Source: an uncultured Planctomycetota bacterium
Lineage (GTDB): Bacteria > Planctomycetota > PLA2 > JAEUHO01
Direction: 5' to 3'
Assembly: GCA_963752285.1 (NCBI GenBank)
Contig: CAVVXN010000001.1
Location: forward strand, 101,990-165,989
DNA length: 64,000 nt
In this document: positions 8,386 to 18,600 of the stretch, one piece after another
How positions within the stretch are numbered: the stretch's first letter is position 1
Layout: each line of letters begins with the position of its first letter
The notes under the pieces: model-generated
Databases searched by the model: none
Seen by the model: only the letters and a program-made list of their open reading frames with translations
What the model was told of the DNA's origin: nothing
Made by a program: the position numbers and the translations under genes

Positions 8386-9312
8386 ATGGGGCCCCTCGGA
8401 GCCTCGGGGCGCGACGACGACGCCCGACGCGAGACCTTCGCGGCGGGACTTCGCGAGGCGATGTCCCTCTGGGGCCCGTTCGAGCTCCCCCCCGAGCGAT
8501 TCGAGGAGGAGGCCACGACGCGGATCCGACGGCGCCTAGAGCGGTCGGGAGCCGACGCGACGTCCGAGGCGGTCCGAGGCGCGCTCGCGCGGACGTCCCT
8601 CCCCGACCTCGCGCTCGCCGTGGCCTGCTCCGACGGCGCTTCCGGATCGTGGGACACCCTGGTCGGCCGGCTCACGCCTCGACTCGTCGGGCTCGCCCAG
8701 GCGCGCGGAGCGTCGGGCGCCGAGGCGCGGGTCCTCGCGGCCGACGTGCTCTCCGAGATGTCGATCCCCGCCAGCGGCGGCCGGGTTCGGAGGCTCATCG
8801 ACACGTACGAGGGCGCCGGAAGCCTGTTCGGCTGGGCGGCGGTGATCCTCGTGCGCCGGCTCCACCGAGCGCGGCACCGCGACGCCGCACGGGCCGGCCA
8901 CGCGACCGCCGAGGCGACCGGACGAGAGTCTCGAGCTTCCCATGGCGCCGACCCGGCGGCGGTGGCCGCGGGGGCCGAAGCGGTCGCGAGTTTTCGCCGC
9001 GCGCTCCAGGCCGCGTGGACCGCCCTCTCGGGGCGCGAGCGGCTCGCCCTCTCGTGGCGCTACCTCGACGGGATCCCGCAGACCCGGATCGCGACGCTGC
9101 TCCGGGTGAGCGAGCCGCACACGAGCCGCATCGTGACGGGCGCCGTGGCGCGCCTGCGAACCGGCCTCGAGCGGGCGCTCGGCCACGAGGCGAACGGGCC
9201 GGAGGGCGCATGGCCCGCGCTCGTCGAGGTTCTTCGCGCCCAGATGGTATCCGCGAGGCCCGTGCCGCCACTCCCTACGGGGGAGGCTCCCCCCGCACGA
9301 GGTCCCCGATGA
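8386..9312 (+). CDS. ECF-type sigma-70 family RNA polymerase sigma factor (long form)
   Basis: In track ORF 8125..9312; start MGPLGASG at 8386. Region 4 is LSGRERLALSWRYLDGIPQTRIATLLRVSEPHTSRIVTGAVARLR. The region 2-like segment is ...LIDTYEGAGSLFGWAAVILVRRL. Confidence 0.75.
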   Translation: MGPLGASGRDDDARRETFAAGLREAMSLWGPFELPPERFEEEATTRIRRRLERSGADATSEAVRGALARTSLPDLALAVACSDGASGSWDTLVGRLTPRLVGLAQARGASGAEARVLAADVLSEMSIPASGGRVRRLIDTYEGAGSLFGWAAVILVRRLHRARHRDAARAGHATAEATGRESRASHGADPAAVAAGAEAVASFRRALQAAWTALSGRERLALSWRYLDGIPQTRIATLLRVSEPHTSRIVTGAVARLRTGLERALGHEANGPEGAWPALVEVLRAQMVSARPVPPLPTGEAPPARGPR

Positions 9313-10331
9313 CGATCGACGCCGATTCCCGTGACGCGTTCCTGGTGGATCAGGCCACGAGGGCCGACGCCGGTCCCTGCCCCGACGCGAGCGTGGTCGC
9401 CGGCCTCGTCGAGGGGGCGCTGCTCGACGACGAGGGGGAGCGCGTCGCCGCGCACGCGGCCCTGTGCCCGGCATGTCGGGAGGCGATCGTGGTCCTGGCC
9501 GAGGCCGGCGAGGGCGACGTGCGGTCCCGTGCGCCCAGGCCCGCGCCCGCCCCGCGCGCGCGGCCCCGCCCGCGGCGGCTCCCACCCCGCCGGCTCGTCG
9601 CGATCGCCGCCCTCGTCCTCGTCGGGGTCGGCGCCCTCGCGCTCCTCGCCCACGCCCCCACCGAGAGCGACGCGCACGCCGGCACCGACGCCCGCCTCCT
9701 CGCCGCCGCGCGGGACCTCGCGTCGGCCGACCCGGGCCTCTTCGCGCGCTTCACGCCCCTCACGCACGACGAGCGGACCGCGGCCCGCGGCGTCCGCGAG
9801 CGCGGCGGGCTCGTGCTCCTCGGGCCGCGGGAGGTCGTGCTCTCGGACCGCCCCGCGTTTCGCTGGGAGACGGTCCCGGGATCGACGCGCTACGAGGTGA
9901 CGGTCCTGGGGGCCGACGACCGGCCGATCTGGACCCGGGCCGCGACCGGCACGAGCCTCCCCTATCCCGACGACGAGCCCGCCTTGGAGGCGGGCACGCG
10001 CCACGCGTGGGCGCTCTCGACACAGGGCGTCCTCGGCGGGCGTACCGAGTCGCGCGCCACGTTCACCGTCGCCTCGCCCGACCAGGCTGACGCCTTCGCG
10101 CGCGCCCGGCGCGCGATCACGGACCGCGCGCCCGCCGATCTGGCCGCGCTCCTCTGTGCGCACTGGGCGCTCCGGCACGGTCTCCTCGACGAGGCCGAGC
10201 AGCTCGCGAACGCGGCGCTGGCCGACGATCCCGACGACGACGCGCGCGTGGAGACGCTCCGCGCGGTCCTGCGCCGGCGCGGCGCGAGCACCACGGGCGC
10301 GGCCCGGGGGTCCGGGGCGGGAACGCGATGA
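9309..10331 (+). CDS. Anti-sigma factor (zf-HC2), single-pass membrane protein with extracytoplasmic domain
   Basis: Frame of track ORF 8109..10331 from MTIDADSRDAF. ATGA overlap with the sigma gene stop. HAALCPAC is an H-x3-C-x2-C motif. The TM segment is LVAIAALVLVGVGALALLA. An FN3-like then helical C-terminal region follows. Confidence 0.75.
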   Translation: MTIDADSRDAFLVDQATRADAGPCPDASVVAGLVEGALLDDEGERVAAHAALCPACREAIVVLAEAGEGDVRSRAPRPAPAPRARPRPRRLPPRRLVAIAALVLVGVGALALLAHAPTESDAHAGTDARLLAAARDLASADPGLFARFTPLTHDERTAARGVRERGGLVLLGPREVVLSDRPAFRWETVPGSTRYEVTVLGADDRPIWTRAATGTSLPYPDDEPALEAGTRHAWALSTQGVLGGRTESRATFTVASPDQADAFARARRAITDRAPADLAALLCAHWALRHGLLDEAEQLANAALADDPDDDARVETLRAVLRRRGASTTGAARGSGAGTR

Positions 10332-13300
10332 CGCGCCGCGCGGCCCGGTCCCTGGCCCTCCTCGTCACCGTGGCCCTCGCAGTGCTGGGCGGGCCCCCGG
10401 CGGCGGCCGGCGAGTCTTCGCGCTCCAACGTGAAGCTCGACCAGGCCGCATTCCGGTTCGTGAAGGCCTTCTCGGACGGCGACGAGGACGCGATGCGCGC
10501 CGTGGCCGAGGACCGCTCGTACGACGCCCGAAGCCTCGCCGACCGGATGCTCGCGCTCTACGAGTACGCGTGGACTCGGTCCTCGCCGCGGCAGAAGGTC
10601 ATCATGGACGCGATCGGCGCCTACGCGGAGCGCGCCCGCTCGCGGCCCGAGGTGCGGGGACTGCCCCAGGTCGTCGCGGCCTGGGCCCTCCTCGCGCCGA
10701 AGGACCTGGCGCGAAACCAGTGGTTGCGCGGGATCGTGGACCAGGTGCACCAGGCGGAGGACCGGACGGAACCGGCGAAGGTCCTCGAGATCCTCGCGAC
10801 GGCGAAGTCCGCGCTGGCCGTGCAGCCGCCCACCCTGTCGGTGCTCGTGTTGCGCGAGTCCGAGGCCCGCGCCCTCCGGAGCACGGGTCGCCTGGACGAG
10901 GCGGTCGCCGCCTGCGGGCGGGCGAAGGACGTCGCCGAGGCGCTCCGCTCGCCTCGGGACGAGGCCTACTGCCTCGAGCTGCTCGGCCTGGTCCAGGCCC
11001 GCGCCAACCGGACCGCCGAGGCGGCGGCGGCGTACGAGGAGGCGCTGGCGATCCGGGAGGACTTCGGGCCCCCGAGGAACGCGACGTGGGTGCGGGTCGA
11101 GCTCTGCCGCGCGTGGTCCGAGCTCGGGAGGCTCGCCGACGCGCTCGCGGTCGGCGAGCGTGCGCTGAGCGACCAACGCGACCTCGGCGACCCGGATCTC
11201 CTCGGGCGGAACCTCTTCGTGCTCGCGTGTGCGCGGCGCGACCTCTTCGATCCCGCGGGCGCGCGGGACCTCTACGAGCGGGCCGCCGCGGCGTACCGAA
11301 CCGCCAAGGACGACCTGGCCTCGGCGACGGCCCTCTCGGGCTCCGCGTGCATGCGCCTGACGAACCCGGCGCGCGACCTCGACGGCGCGAAGGAGCGATA
11401 CGAGCAGGTTCTCGCGACCGCGAAGGCCCACGACGACGCGTACCTCGCGCTCCTGGCCACGTACGGGCTCGGCAGCACGGCGCGGGACCGCGGCGACACT
11501 CGGGAGGCCGTCGAGCTCCACGAGCGCGCCCTCGCCATGGCGACCGATCAGCAGAAGCAGGACATCGCCATGTACGTCCTCGCCGCCCTCGGCTCCGACC
11601 ACCTGGTGCGCGGCGAGCCGAAGGCGGCCGTGGACGCGCTCGAGCGCGCCATCCGGATCGCGGACGAGATGCACTTCCCCCAGCGACGGCTCGGGATCAC
11701 GCACCGTCTCCTCGCGCGGGCCTACCACGAGAGCGGTCGTCCGCACGACGCCGTGGTGGCCGCCGAGGCCGGGCTCGTGCTGCGGCGGGACCGGGCGCGG
11801 GAGCTCGGAGAGGGCTTCAGCGCCACGGAGCAGGCGGGGGTCCGGGCGACCGCGGACACGGGCATCCTGGCCGCCCTCCGCTGGGTCGCGCGCGAGCCGC
11901 GGGCGCGCGCGGACGCGGCCGCCGCCGCCTTCCTCCTCTCCGAGGCGGCGCGCGCCGAGTTCCTCGCCGACCGGCTGATCGACGCGGGCGACCCGATCGA
12001 GACGCGGGAGGAGCGCGCGGAGCAGGAGTCCGCACGCCGGAGGCTCGACGACGCGAGACGGAGCGTCCTCCTCCTCGCGTTCGGCGAGGCGCGGGACGAC
12101 GCGGCCCTCGCGGCCGCGAAGAAGGCGTACGAGGAGGCGGGCGCCCGGCTCCGCGAGCTCCGCGCGCGCGCCGACCTGCGTCGCGACACGGCGCGCGGGG
12201 GCGCGGACCCGGTCTCGCTCGAGGAGGCGCAGCGGGCGCTGCCCGAGGGCACGGCCCTCGTCTTGTACCAGGTCACCTACGAGCGGCTCGTGGCCGTGGT
12301 CGTCACGCGCGGGGGCGCGGACCTGGTGGACCTGGGCGAGCCCGCCCCGGTGATCGAGGCGTCGAAACGATGGCTCGACGCGATCGCGTCTCCGGACGGG
12401 GAGGAGGGCGACCTGCCCGAGACCCTGTACGACGCGCTCGTCGGACCGCTCGCGTCGCGCCTCACGGACGCGCGAACGCTCCTCGTCGGTCGCGACGGCC
12501 CCCTCGAGTACCTCCCCTTCGAGGCGCTGGTCCATCGGGAGGACGGGCGCCCGCGACGCGCCGTCGAGCGGTGGACGATCTCGTACGTGCCCTCGGCGAC
12601 CGTCTACGCGACGCTCGAGAGCCGTGCCGACTCCGCGCCCCCGCGGGACTCGCTCGTCGCCCTGGGCGACCCCGTGTATCCCGGCGAGACCGGTCGGCCG
12701 GACGCGGAGCGGAGCGTGGCGCGCACGCGCGGGCTCGCGAGCCTCGATCGGCTGTTCGCGAGCGGCGACGAGGTCCGGGCGGTCGCGGCGCGCTTCGCCC
12801 CCGCCCGTCGGACGGTCCTCCTTCGCGAGGACGCGACGCGTGCGCGCCTCGCCGACGCCGTCCGGGCCGACGGGAACCGGCTCCGCGTCCTCCACCTCGC
12901 GTGCCACGGCTTCGTGGACGAGCGGATTCCGTACGGCTCCGGCCTCGTCCTCTCCGGGGCCGACGTTTTGAGCGTGGACGACGTGTCCCGGATGCGCCTG
13001 TCCGCGGACGTCGTCGTGCTCTCCGCCTGCGAGAGCGGCCGGGGCCGGGCGCGGGTGGGCGAGGGGATCCTCGGCCTGCCGCGCGCGTTCCTCACCGCGG
13101 GGGCGACGCGCGTGGTCGCGGCGGACCGCGCCATCGCCGACGAGGACGCGCGCGACCTCCTGTCCCGGTTCTACGACGCGTATCTCGACGGCGGTCTCGC
13201 CCCCGCGGCCGCCCTCCGCGCGGCCAAGCTCCAGCGCATCCGCGCGGGCGGCCCCGCGGCGCACCCGTACGCCTGGGCGGGCCTCGTGCTCTGGGAGTGA
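10328..13300 (+). CDS. Secreted TPR-repeat CHAT-domain protease
   Basis: Track ORF of 990 aa. ATGA overlap with the anti-sigma gene. Signal peptide MTRRAARSLALLVTVALAVLGGPPAAAG, then multiple TPR-like helices. The C-terminal CHAT domain has VLHLACHG (His) and VVVLSACESG (Cys). Confidence 0.8.
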   Translation: MTRRAARSLALLVTVALAVLGGPPAAAGESSRSNVKLDQAAFRFVKAFSDGDEDAMRAVAEDRSYDARSLADRMLALYEYAWTRSSPRQKVIMDAIGAYAERARSRPEVRGLPQVVAAWALLAPKDLARNQWLRGIVDQVHQAEDRTEPAKVLEILATAKSALAVQPPTLSVLVLRESEARALRSTGRLDEAVAACGRAKDVAEALRSPRDEAYCLELLGLVQARANRTAEAAAAYEEALAIREDFGPPRNATWVRVELCRAWSELGRLADALAVGERALSDQRDLGDPDLLGRNLFVLACARRDLFDPAGARDLYERAAAAYRTAKDDLASATALSGSACMRLTNPARDLDGAKERYEQVLATAKAHDDAYLALLATYGLGSTARDRGDTREAVELHERALAMATDQQKQDIAMYVLAALGSDHLVRGEPKAAVDALERAIRIADEMHFPQRRLGITHRLLARAYHESGRPHDAVVAAEAGLVLRRDRARELGEGFSATEQAGVRATADTGILAALRWVAREPRARADAAAAAFLLSEAARAEFLADRLIDAGDPIETREERAEQESARRRLDDARRSVLLLAFGEARDDAALAAAKKAYEEAGARLRELRARADLRRDTARGGADPVSLEEAQRALPEGTALVLYQVTYERLVAVVVTRGGADLVDLGEPAPVIEASKRWLDAIASPDGEEGDLPETLYDALVGPLASRLTDARTLLVGRDGPLEYLPFEALVHREDGRPRRAVERWTISYVPSATVYATLESRADSAPPRDSLVALGDPVYPGETGRPDAERSVARTRGLASLDRLFASGDEVRAVAARFAPARRTVLLREDATRARLADAVRADGNRLRVLHLACHGFVDERIPYGSGLVLSGADVLSVDDVSRMRLSADVVVLSACESGRGRARVGEGILGLPRAFLTAGATRVVAADRAIADEDARDLLSRFYDAYLDGGLAPAAALRAAKLQRIRAGGPAAHPYAWAGLVLWE

Positions 13301-13543
13301 GCGCGCCGGCTGCGCCGCGCGCCGCGGACCGCGCGCGTCCCGACGCCGGCATCGACGACCCGACGACGCTGCGTCCCCCCACCGGAGGCGCCTCGCTTGC
13401 GACGCCTCGATGCACCGGGGCCTCTGCCCGTCGGGGTGAACGGAAGCGGCATTCGGCGCGATCTCGTTCCTGCTGCGGAAGGGCGTCGATGCGGGCACGC
13501 AGGCGTGTCTCACCGGTGAGGACCGCCGCCCCGGCCGGGTGGG

Positions 13544-14428
13544 TCAACGGTAGAGGATCGAGAGGAGCACCAGGCGCTCCCCGTGGCGCAGAGGCTCTCG
13601 CGCGTGGACCACCCCGCACTCCATGGCGACGGCGGAGCCCGGCTCGATCTCGTGCCGGTGGACCGCGCCGCGCGGGCCGTACGTCAGGAGCGCCGAGCCC
13701 GAGGAAGACCCGTTCGGCAGCGCGCGGTCCACGCACACGAGCAGGTTCACGGTGAAGCCCGGGTCGTCGGCGTGGGGCCACGTGTGGTCGCGCGGCTTCG
13801 TGTAGTAGAGGTACTTCGCGACGAGACCCGGCGAGACGTCGCGCCCCACGGCGCGGGCTACGGCGCGGCAGAGTCGGGCATCGACGGCGAGCTCGCACCC
13901 TCGCCGTCCGGGCCGCCGGCCACTCGCGACGCGCCCGACGCGAAGGCCCCGCGAGGCGTCGCGTCGAAGGGCGTGGAGCCGCCGCGCGTCGAGCCCGGGG
14001 AGCGCGTCGAGCGGCACGACGGCGGTGGGGTAGCCGATCCCGAAGAAGTGCACCAGCGCGTTCCAGCCCGCGCGCAGCACGGGATCGGTCGGGACGCGAC
14101 CGTCCGGGGCGAGCCCGGTCGGCGCGTACTGGAGCAGGATGCGGAGCGGACGGTCCGCGCCGGCCCCGCGACGCTCGATCGTCCGCGCGAGGCGGCGCGC
14201 GAGGCGGAGCGCCGTCCGGCCCCAGGTGGCCCGCGGTCCCGCCGCGCGTCGCCACGCGGCGGCGTGGGTACGGAGGACGCGGACCCGCGGGTCCCGCCGG
14301 CCCGAGACGTGGCGCAGGTTGATGTCGTCCTCGGGCAGGCGGTACGCGAGCTCGCCCGCGGTCAGGAGCAGGTCGAGGAGCGCCCGGGCGGGCGGGTCGT
14401 CGCAGAACGCCTCCCGGGCGCGGGGCAC
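13544..14428 (-). CDS. 2OG-Fe(II) oxygenase-like (double-stranded beta-helix) protein
   Basis: Track ORF of 294 aa. WPHADDPGF (HxD), GVVHAREPL (distal His) and GERLVLLSILY (possible 2OG-binding Arg). The start codon is uncertain (GTG at 14428). Confidence 0.55.
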   Translation of the reverse strand: MPRAREAFCDDPPARALLDLLLTAGELAYRLPEDDINLRHVSGRRDPRVRVLRTHAAAWRRAAGPRATWGRTALRLARRLARTIERRGAGADRPLRILLQYAPTGLAPDGRVPTDPVLRAGWNALVHFFGIGYPTAVVPLDALPGLDARRLHALRRDASRGLRVGRVASGRRPGRRGCELAVDARLCRAVARAVGRDVSPGLVAKYLYYTKPRDHTWPHADDPGFTVNLLVCVDRALPNGSSSGSALLTYGPRGAVHRHEIEPGSAVAMECGVVHAREPLRHGERLVLLSILYR

Positions 14429-14508
14429 CGCGTCGCGGAAGGGCAGGGAGTAGCGGATCGCCGCGGTGGGGCGCGCGAGCCGCCCCCGCGGAGCATCGAA
14501 GCCTACGA

Positions 14509-14628
14509 CTACTGCTCCTGCCCCAGCGAGGCGCGGCCCCCCTTGACCTTGGCGGCGTCCGCCTTGCGAACGGGCAGGTCCTTGGGGCTCTTCGCGGACG
14601 CGTTCTTGCTCGGCTTCTTCGAGGGCAT
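14509..14628 (-). CDS. Small Lys-rich protein (39 aa) with KVKGG double-glycine motif; candidate exported peptide precursor
   Basis: Below the track length cut-off. ATG at 14626-14628 and TAG at 14509-14511. GGAGGA lies 6 nt upstream. 38 of 39 sense codons end in G/C. Product: MPSKKPSKNASAKSPKDLPVRKADAAKVKGGRASLGQEQ. Confidence 0.6.
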   Translation of the reverse strand: MPSKKPSKNASAKSPKDLPVRKADAAKVKGGRASLGQEQ

Positions 14629-14712
14629 CACCGATCCTCCGGGTTGGGGTGGCGACTACTATGTCAATCCCCGCGGCGGCGGCAAGGCCCTGGGCGTGGA
14701 GGTGAGAGGCGC

Positions 14713-15690
14713 TTGGCCGAACCCGAGCTCGAACCGCCCGCGGCGCTCACGGCCACGGTCTTCGAGATCGCCGGACGGCCGGTCACGGTGCGAGACGTGG
14801 TTCGTGCGGCGGACGCACGAGGGGCCCTCGACGACGCCAAAGGCCGATTCGTCGCGGGCCTCGAGGCCGAGGCGCGGGCCCGGGAGGCCGGGGAGGCCCC
14901 CCCCGACGACGCCGTCGAGGCGCGCGCGAACGAGATCCGGTACGAGCGCAACCTGATCACCGCCGAGGAGGCGGAGTCGTGGCTTTCGGCCCGGGGTCTC
15001 ACGTACGACGCGCTCCTCGATCACTGTCGTCGCGAGCTCCTCCGGGAGGCCGAGGCCGCTGTGGCCGACCGCGCGAGAGGCCTCGTACCGCCCGAACGCG
15101 AGGCCGACTTCCTCGCCTACCTCGTGTTCTCGGGCGAGCTCGATGGCCAGGCGCGGGAGCTGGCGCGACGCCTCGTGGTGAGCGACCCGGACGGGGACCT
15201 CTCGCCCGACCGCCTGCGGTCGGTGGAGGCGTCCTACCGACGACACCTGTCGGCGCTCACGGCGGAGCGGGAACGCGAACGCGTCCTGGCCCTCCTGCGC
15301 CTCCCCTTGACGCGGGTGGACGTCGAGGTCCTCGACGCGCCTTCGCTCGACGCGGCGCGGGAGGTCGTCCTGTGCCTTCGCCAGGACGGCGCCGACACCG
15401 CGGCGCTCGCGGCGGAGACCGGGTACCCCCACGCGCGGGCTTCGCCGTTCCTGGACGACCTCGAGGACGACGTGCGCGACGCGCTCCTCTCCGCGGCGCC
15501 CGGCGACGTGCTGGAACCGGTCGAGGAGCCCCCGCGCGTGCGCGTCTTCCGCCTGCGCTCGAAACGCGAGCCGACGCTCGAAGACCCCGAGGTGCGCGAG
15601 CGCGTGGACCAGCGGATCGTCGACGCGCACTTCGCCGAGCGGGTCGCGCGGACCGTGAGGTGGCGGCTCTCGGACGAGCGGAACCGATGA
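14713..15690 (+). CDS. PpiC/parvulin-like C-terminal domain protein, possible peptide-maturation accessory protein
   Basis: Track ORF 14644..15690. The preferred start is TTG at 14713, after GGAGGTGA. The C-terminus ...DAAREVVLCLRQDGADTAALAAETGY...APGDVLEPVEEPPRVRVFRLRSK... is parvulin-like but degenerate. The stop overlaps the exporter start (ATGA). Confidence 0.55.
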   Translation: MAEPELEPPAALTATVFEIAGRPVTVRDVVRAADARGALDDAKGRFVAGLEAEARAREAGEAPPDDAVEARANEIRYERNLITAEEAESWLSARGLTYDALLDHCRRELLREAEAAVADRARGLVPPEREADFLAYLVFSGELDGQARELARRLVVSDPDGDLSPDRLRSVEASYRRHLSALTAERERERVLALLRLPLTRVDVEVLDAPSLDAAREVVLCLRQDGADTAALAAETGYPHARASPFLDDLEDDVRDALLSAAPGDVLEPVEEPPRVRVFRLRSKREPTLEDPEVRERVDQRIVDAHFAERVARTVRWRLSDERNR

Positions 15691-18600
15691 GCGAGCTCCT
15701 CCGAGAGAGCCCCCTCGAACGCACGGTCTTCCGGTTCCTCGGCGCCGGGGCCCGCGCCGCCCTGCTCGAACGGTTCACCCCGTGCCGCTTCGCGTTCGGC
15801 GACGTCGTCGTACGCCAGGGCGAGGAGGCCGACGCCTACTACGTGATGACGGAGGGACGTGCGCGGGTCCTCCGCACGACCGAGACGGGCGAGGAGATCT
15901 CGCTGCGGGTCCTCCGGACGGGGGACGAGTTCGGCGAGGCCGCGCTCTCGCCCGGCGGCGCGCGGTCGGCCACGGTTCGGTGCAGCAGCCGCGTCGAGGT
16001 CCTCCGCCTCGAACGGACCGCGTTTCTCGCCCTGGCCCACGAGAACCCCGCGATCCGTCACGCGGTCGAGATCGCGGCCCGGTTCAAGACGCTCCACGGG
16101 TTCCTGTACGAGTTCAGCAACTTCGGCCGCCTGTCGGCGCCGTGCGTCCAGCGGTTGGTGGAGAGCCTCGAGCCCGAGCCGCGCGCGCGCGGCGAGGTCT
16201 TCCTCCGCGAGGGCGACCCGCCCGGCCCGATGTACGTGATCCAGCAAGGCCGCGTCCGGCTCTTCACGACCCGCGGCGGTCGCGAGCACAACCTCGCATT
16301 CCGGCGGGAGGGCGAGTTCTTCGGCGAGATGTCCGCCTTGAGCGGCACGCCGCGGTCCGCGTCCGCCGAGGCGACGACCGACACCGTGCTCCTCGCGCTT
16401 CGACCGCAGGCGGTGAACCGCCTCCGGGAGGAGTTCCCGGATCTCGGCCGCCTGCTCGAAGAACGCATCGCCCAGTACCGGTCCGACGAGGCCGCGCGCG
16501 TACCGCTCGACTTCGCCACCGAGATGCTGCCGGCGGACGCGTCCGTCGAGAACAAGGTCGGCCTGGACCTCGAGGACGAGACGCCCGCCCCCGGTCCCGA
16601 CGCCGCGGCGGTGAAGGTCCCGCGCCTGCGGCGTCGGTTCCGGTCCTTCCCCTACGTCGCGCAGATCGACGAGATGGACTGCGCCGCCGCGGCACTCGCC
16701 ATGGTCTGCCGCCACCACGGGCGCAAGGTGGCGCTGCCCCGCATCCGCGAGCTGTGCCAGACCTCCACCGACGGCACGAGCCTCAAGGCGATCTGCCACG
16801 CCGCCCGCGAGCTGGGCCTGGCGGCGCGCGCGGCGAAAGTGTCCGCGCGCGAGATCGACGGCCTGCCGCTGCCGGCGATCGCCCATTGGGAGGGGAACCA
16901 CTGGGTCGTCGTGCACGCGGTGGACCGCGGCCACGTCCACGTCGCCGATCCCGCGCAGGGCCTCCGCAAGATCGACCGGCGCGCGTTCCTCGAACGCTGG
17001 ACCGGCTACGCCGCCCTCTTCGACTACACGACCGCCTTCGAGCACGCCCCCGAGGGCCGGCCGGCGCTCTCCTGGATCTGGCCCTTCTTCGGACGCCACC
17101 GCGCGGTCCTCGTGAAGGTGCTCCTCCTCGCCGGTGTCGTCAGCGCGCTCCAGCTCGTCCTGCCGCTCCTCACGCAGACGGTGATCGACTCCGTGATCGT
17201 CGGCAAGGACGTGAGCCTCCTCGCGACCATCATGCTCGGCATCGGCGCGGCCCTCGTGTTCATGGTCCTCGCGAGCGTCGTCCAGCAGTACCTGCTCGCC
17301 TACGCGGCGGTGCGCATCGACTCGGCGATCCTCGACTTCCTGACGCGCCGGCTGCTCGCGCTCCCGATGCGGTACTTCCAGACCCGGCGCACCGGCGACA
17401 TCCAGCGTCGCCTGGACGGCGCGGAACAGATCCGGGAGCTCGTGGTCCAGCACGGCATCGGCAGCGTCCTCGCGATCGTGCTGCTCCTCGGCTGCCTCGG
17501 GCTGATGTTCGCGTACAGCGCGACCCTCGCGCTCGCCTTCCTCGCGGTTGCGCCGCTGTACGGCGTGCTGGTCTGGCTGTCGGTGCGCTTCTTGAAGCCC
17601 ATCCTCGCCGACCTCGAGGCGAGCCGCGGCCGGTACCGGGCGCACCAGATCGACGCGATCAAGGGCATCGAGGCGGTGAAGGCCGCGTCCGCCGAAGGCG
17701 CGTTTCGCGACGCGATGCTCTCGCAGTTCCTCTCGGTCACCCGGCAGATGTTCCGCGGAACGTTCTTCTTCATGGGCTACGACAGCGCGATCCAGACGCT
17801 CAGCGTGGTCGCGACGGCCCTCTTCCTCTGGGTCGGCGCCCGCCAGGTCCTCTCGGGCGCGATGTCCGTGGGCGGGTTCGTCGCGTTCAACACCCTCGCG
17901 ATGATGGCGAACGCCTCGATCCTCCGGCTGCTCCAGTCGTGGGAGAAGGCGCTCTCGGCCTCCGTCCTCCTCCACCGGCTCGAGGACGTGGTCGCGCAGG
18001 AGCCCGAGCAGGGCAGCGACCACGCGCGGCTCCGGCCCGTCCCGAGCCTCGAGGGCCGGATCGAGCTCCGGGGCGTCGGCTTCCGCTACGGCGGGCCCGA
18101 GTCCCCGCGCATCCTCCAGGACGTCACGCTGGACGTGCCCGCCGGGCAGAGCCTCGCGCTCGTGGGACGGAGCGGCTGCGGCAAGACGACCCTCGTGAAG
18201 CTCGTGGCCGGGCTCCTCGAGCCGACGGAGGGCACGATCCTCTTCGATCGCATGGACCTCGCGACGCTCGACCACGCCGCGCTCCGCCGCCACGTCGGCA
18301 TCGTCCTCCAGGAGAACCACGTCTTCGACGGGTCGATCCGCGACAACATCGCGTTCGGCGATCCCGACCCGGACCTCGGCCGCGTGCTCTGGGCCGCGCG
18401 CATGGCGAACGCCCACGAGTTCGTGATGCGGCTGCCGCTGGGCTACGAGACACGCGTCGGCGAGTCGGGCCTCGCGCTCTCGGGGGGCCAGAAGCAGCGT
18501 GTCGTGATCGCCCGCGCGCTGTACGCCGATCCCGCGGTCCTGATCTTCGACGAGGCGACCAGCGCGCTCGACTCCGAGTCCGAGCGCGCCATCCAGGAGA

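Noticed and set aside
8109-10331. N-terminal extensions suggested by the track for many genes. Examples: 8109..10331, 14979..18785, 15782..20074, 20830..23046, 32259..34112, 42691..44952, 46301..48784, 47887..50736, 54407..57259.
   Set aside because: The extended parts are Arg/Pro-rich junk. Internal starts with SD-like motifs, signal peptides or 4-nt overlaps with the upstream stop give proteins of normal family length.
14640-14700. Sigma-70-like promoter elements in the divergent spacer between the small ORF and the PpiC-like gene. On the minus strand these are TTGACA at 14663-14668 and CATAGT at 14658-14663 with TTGCCG 16 nt upstream.
   Set aside because: The hexamers overlap one another and the spacings are ambiguous. 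The promoter consensus of this organism is unknown, so I do not annotate a promoter.
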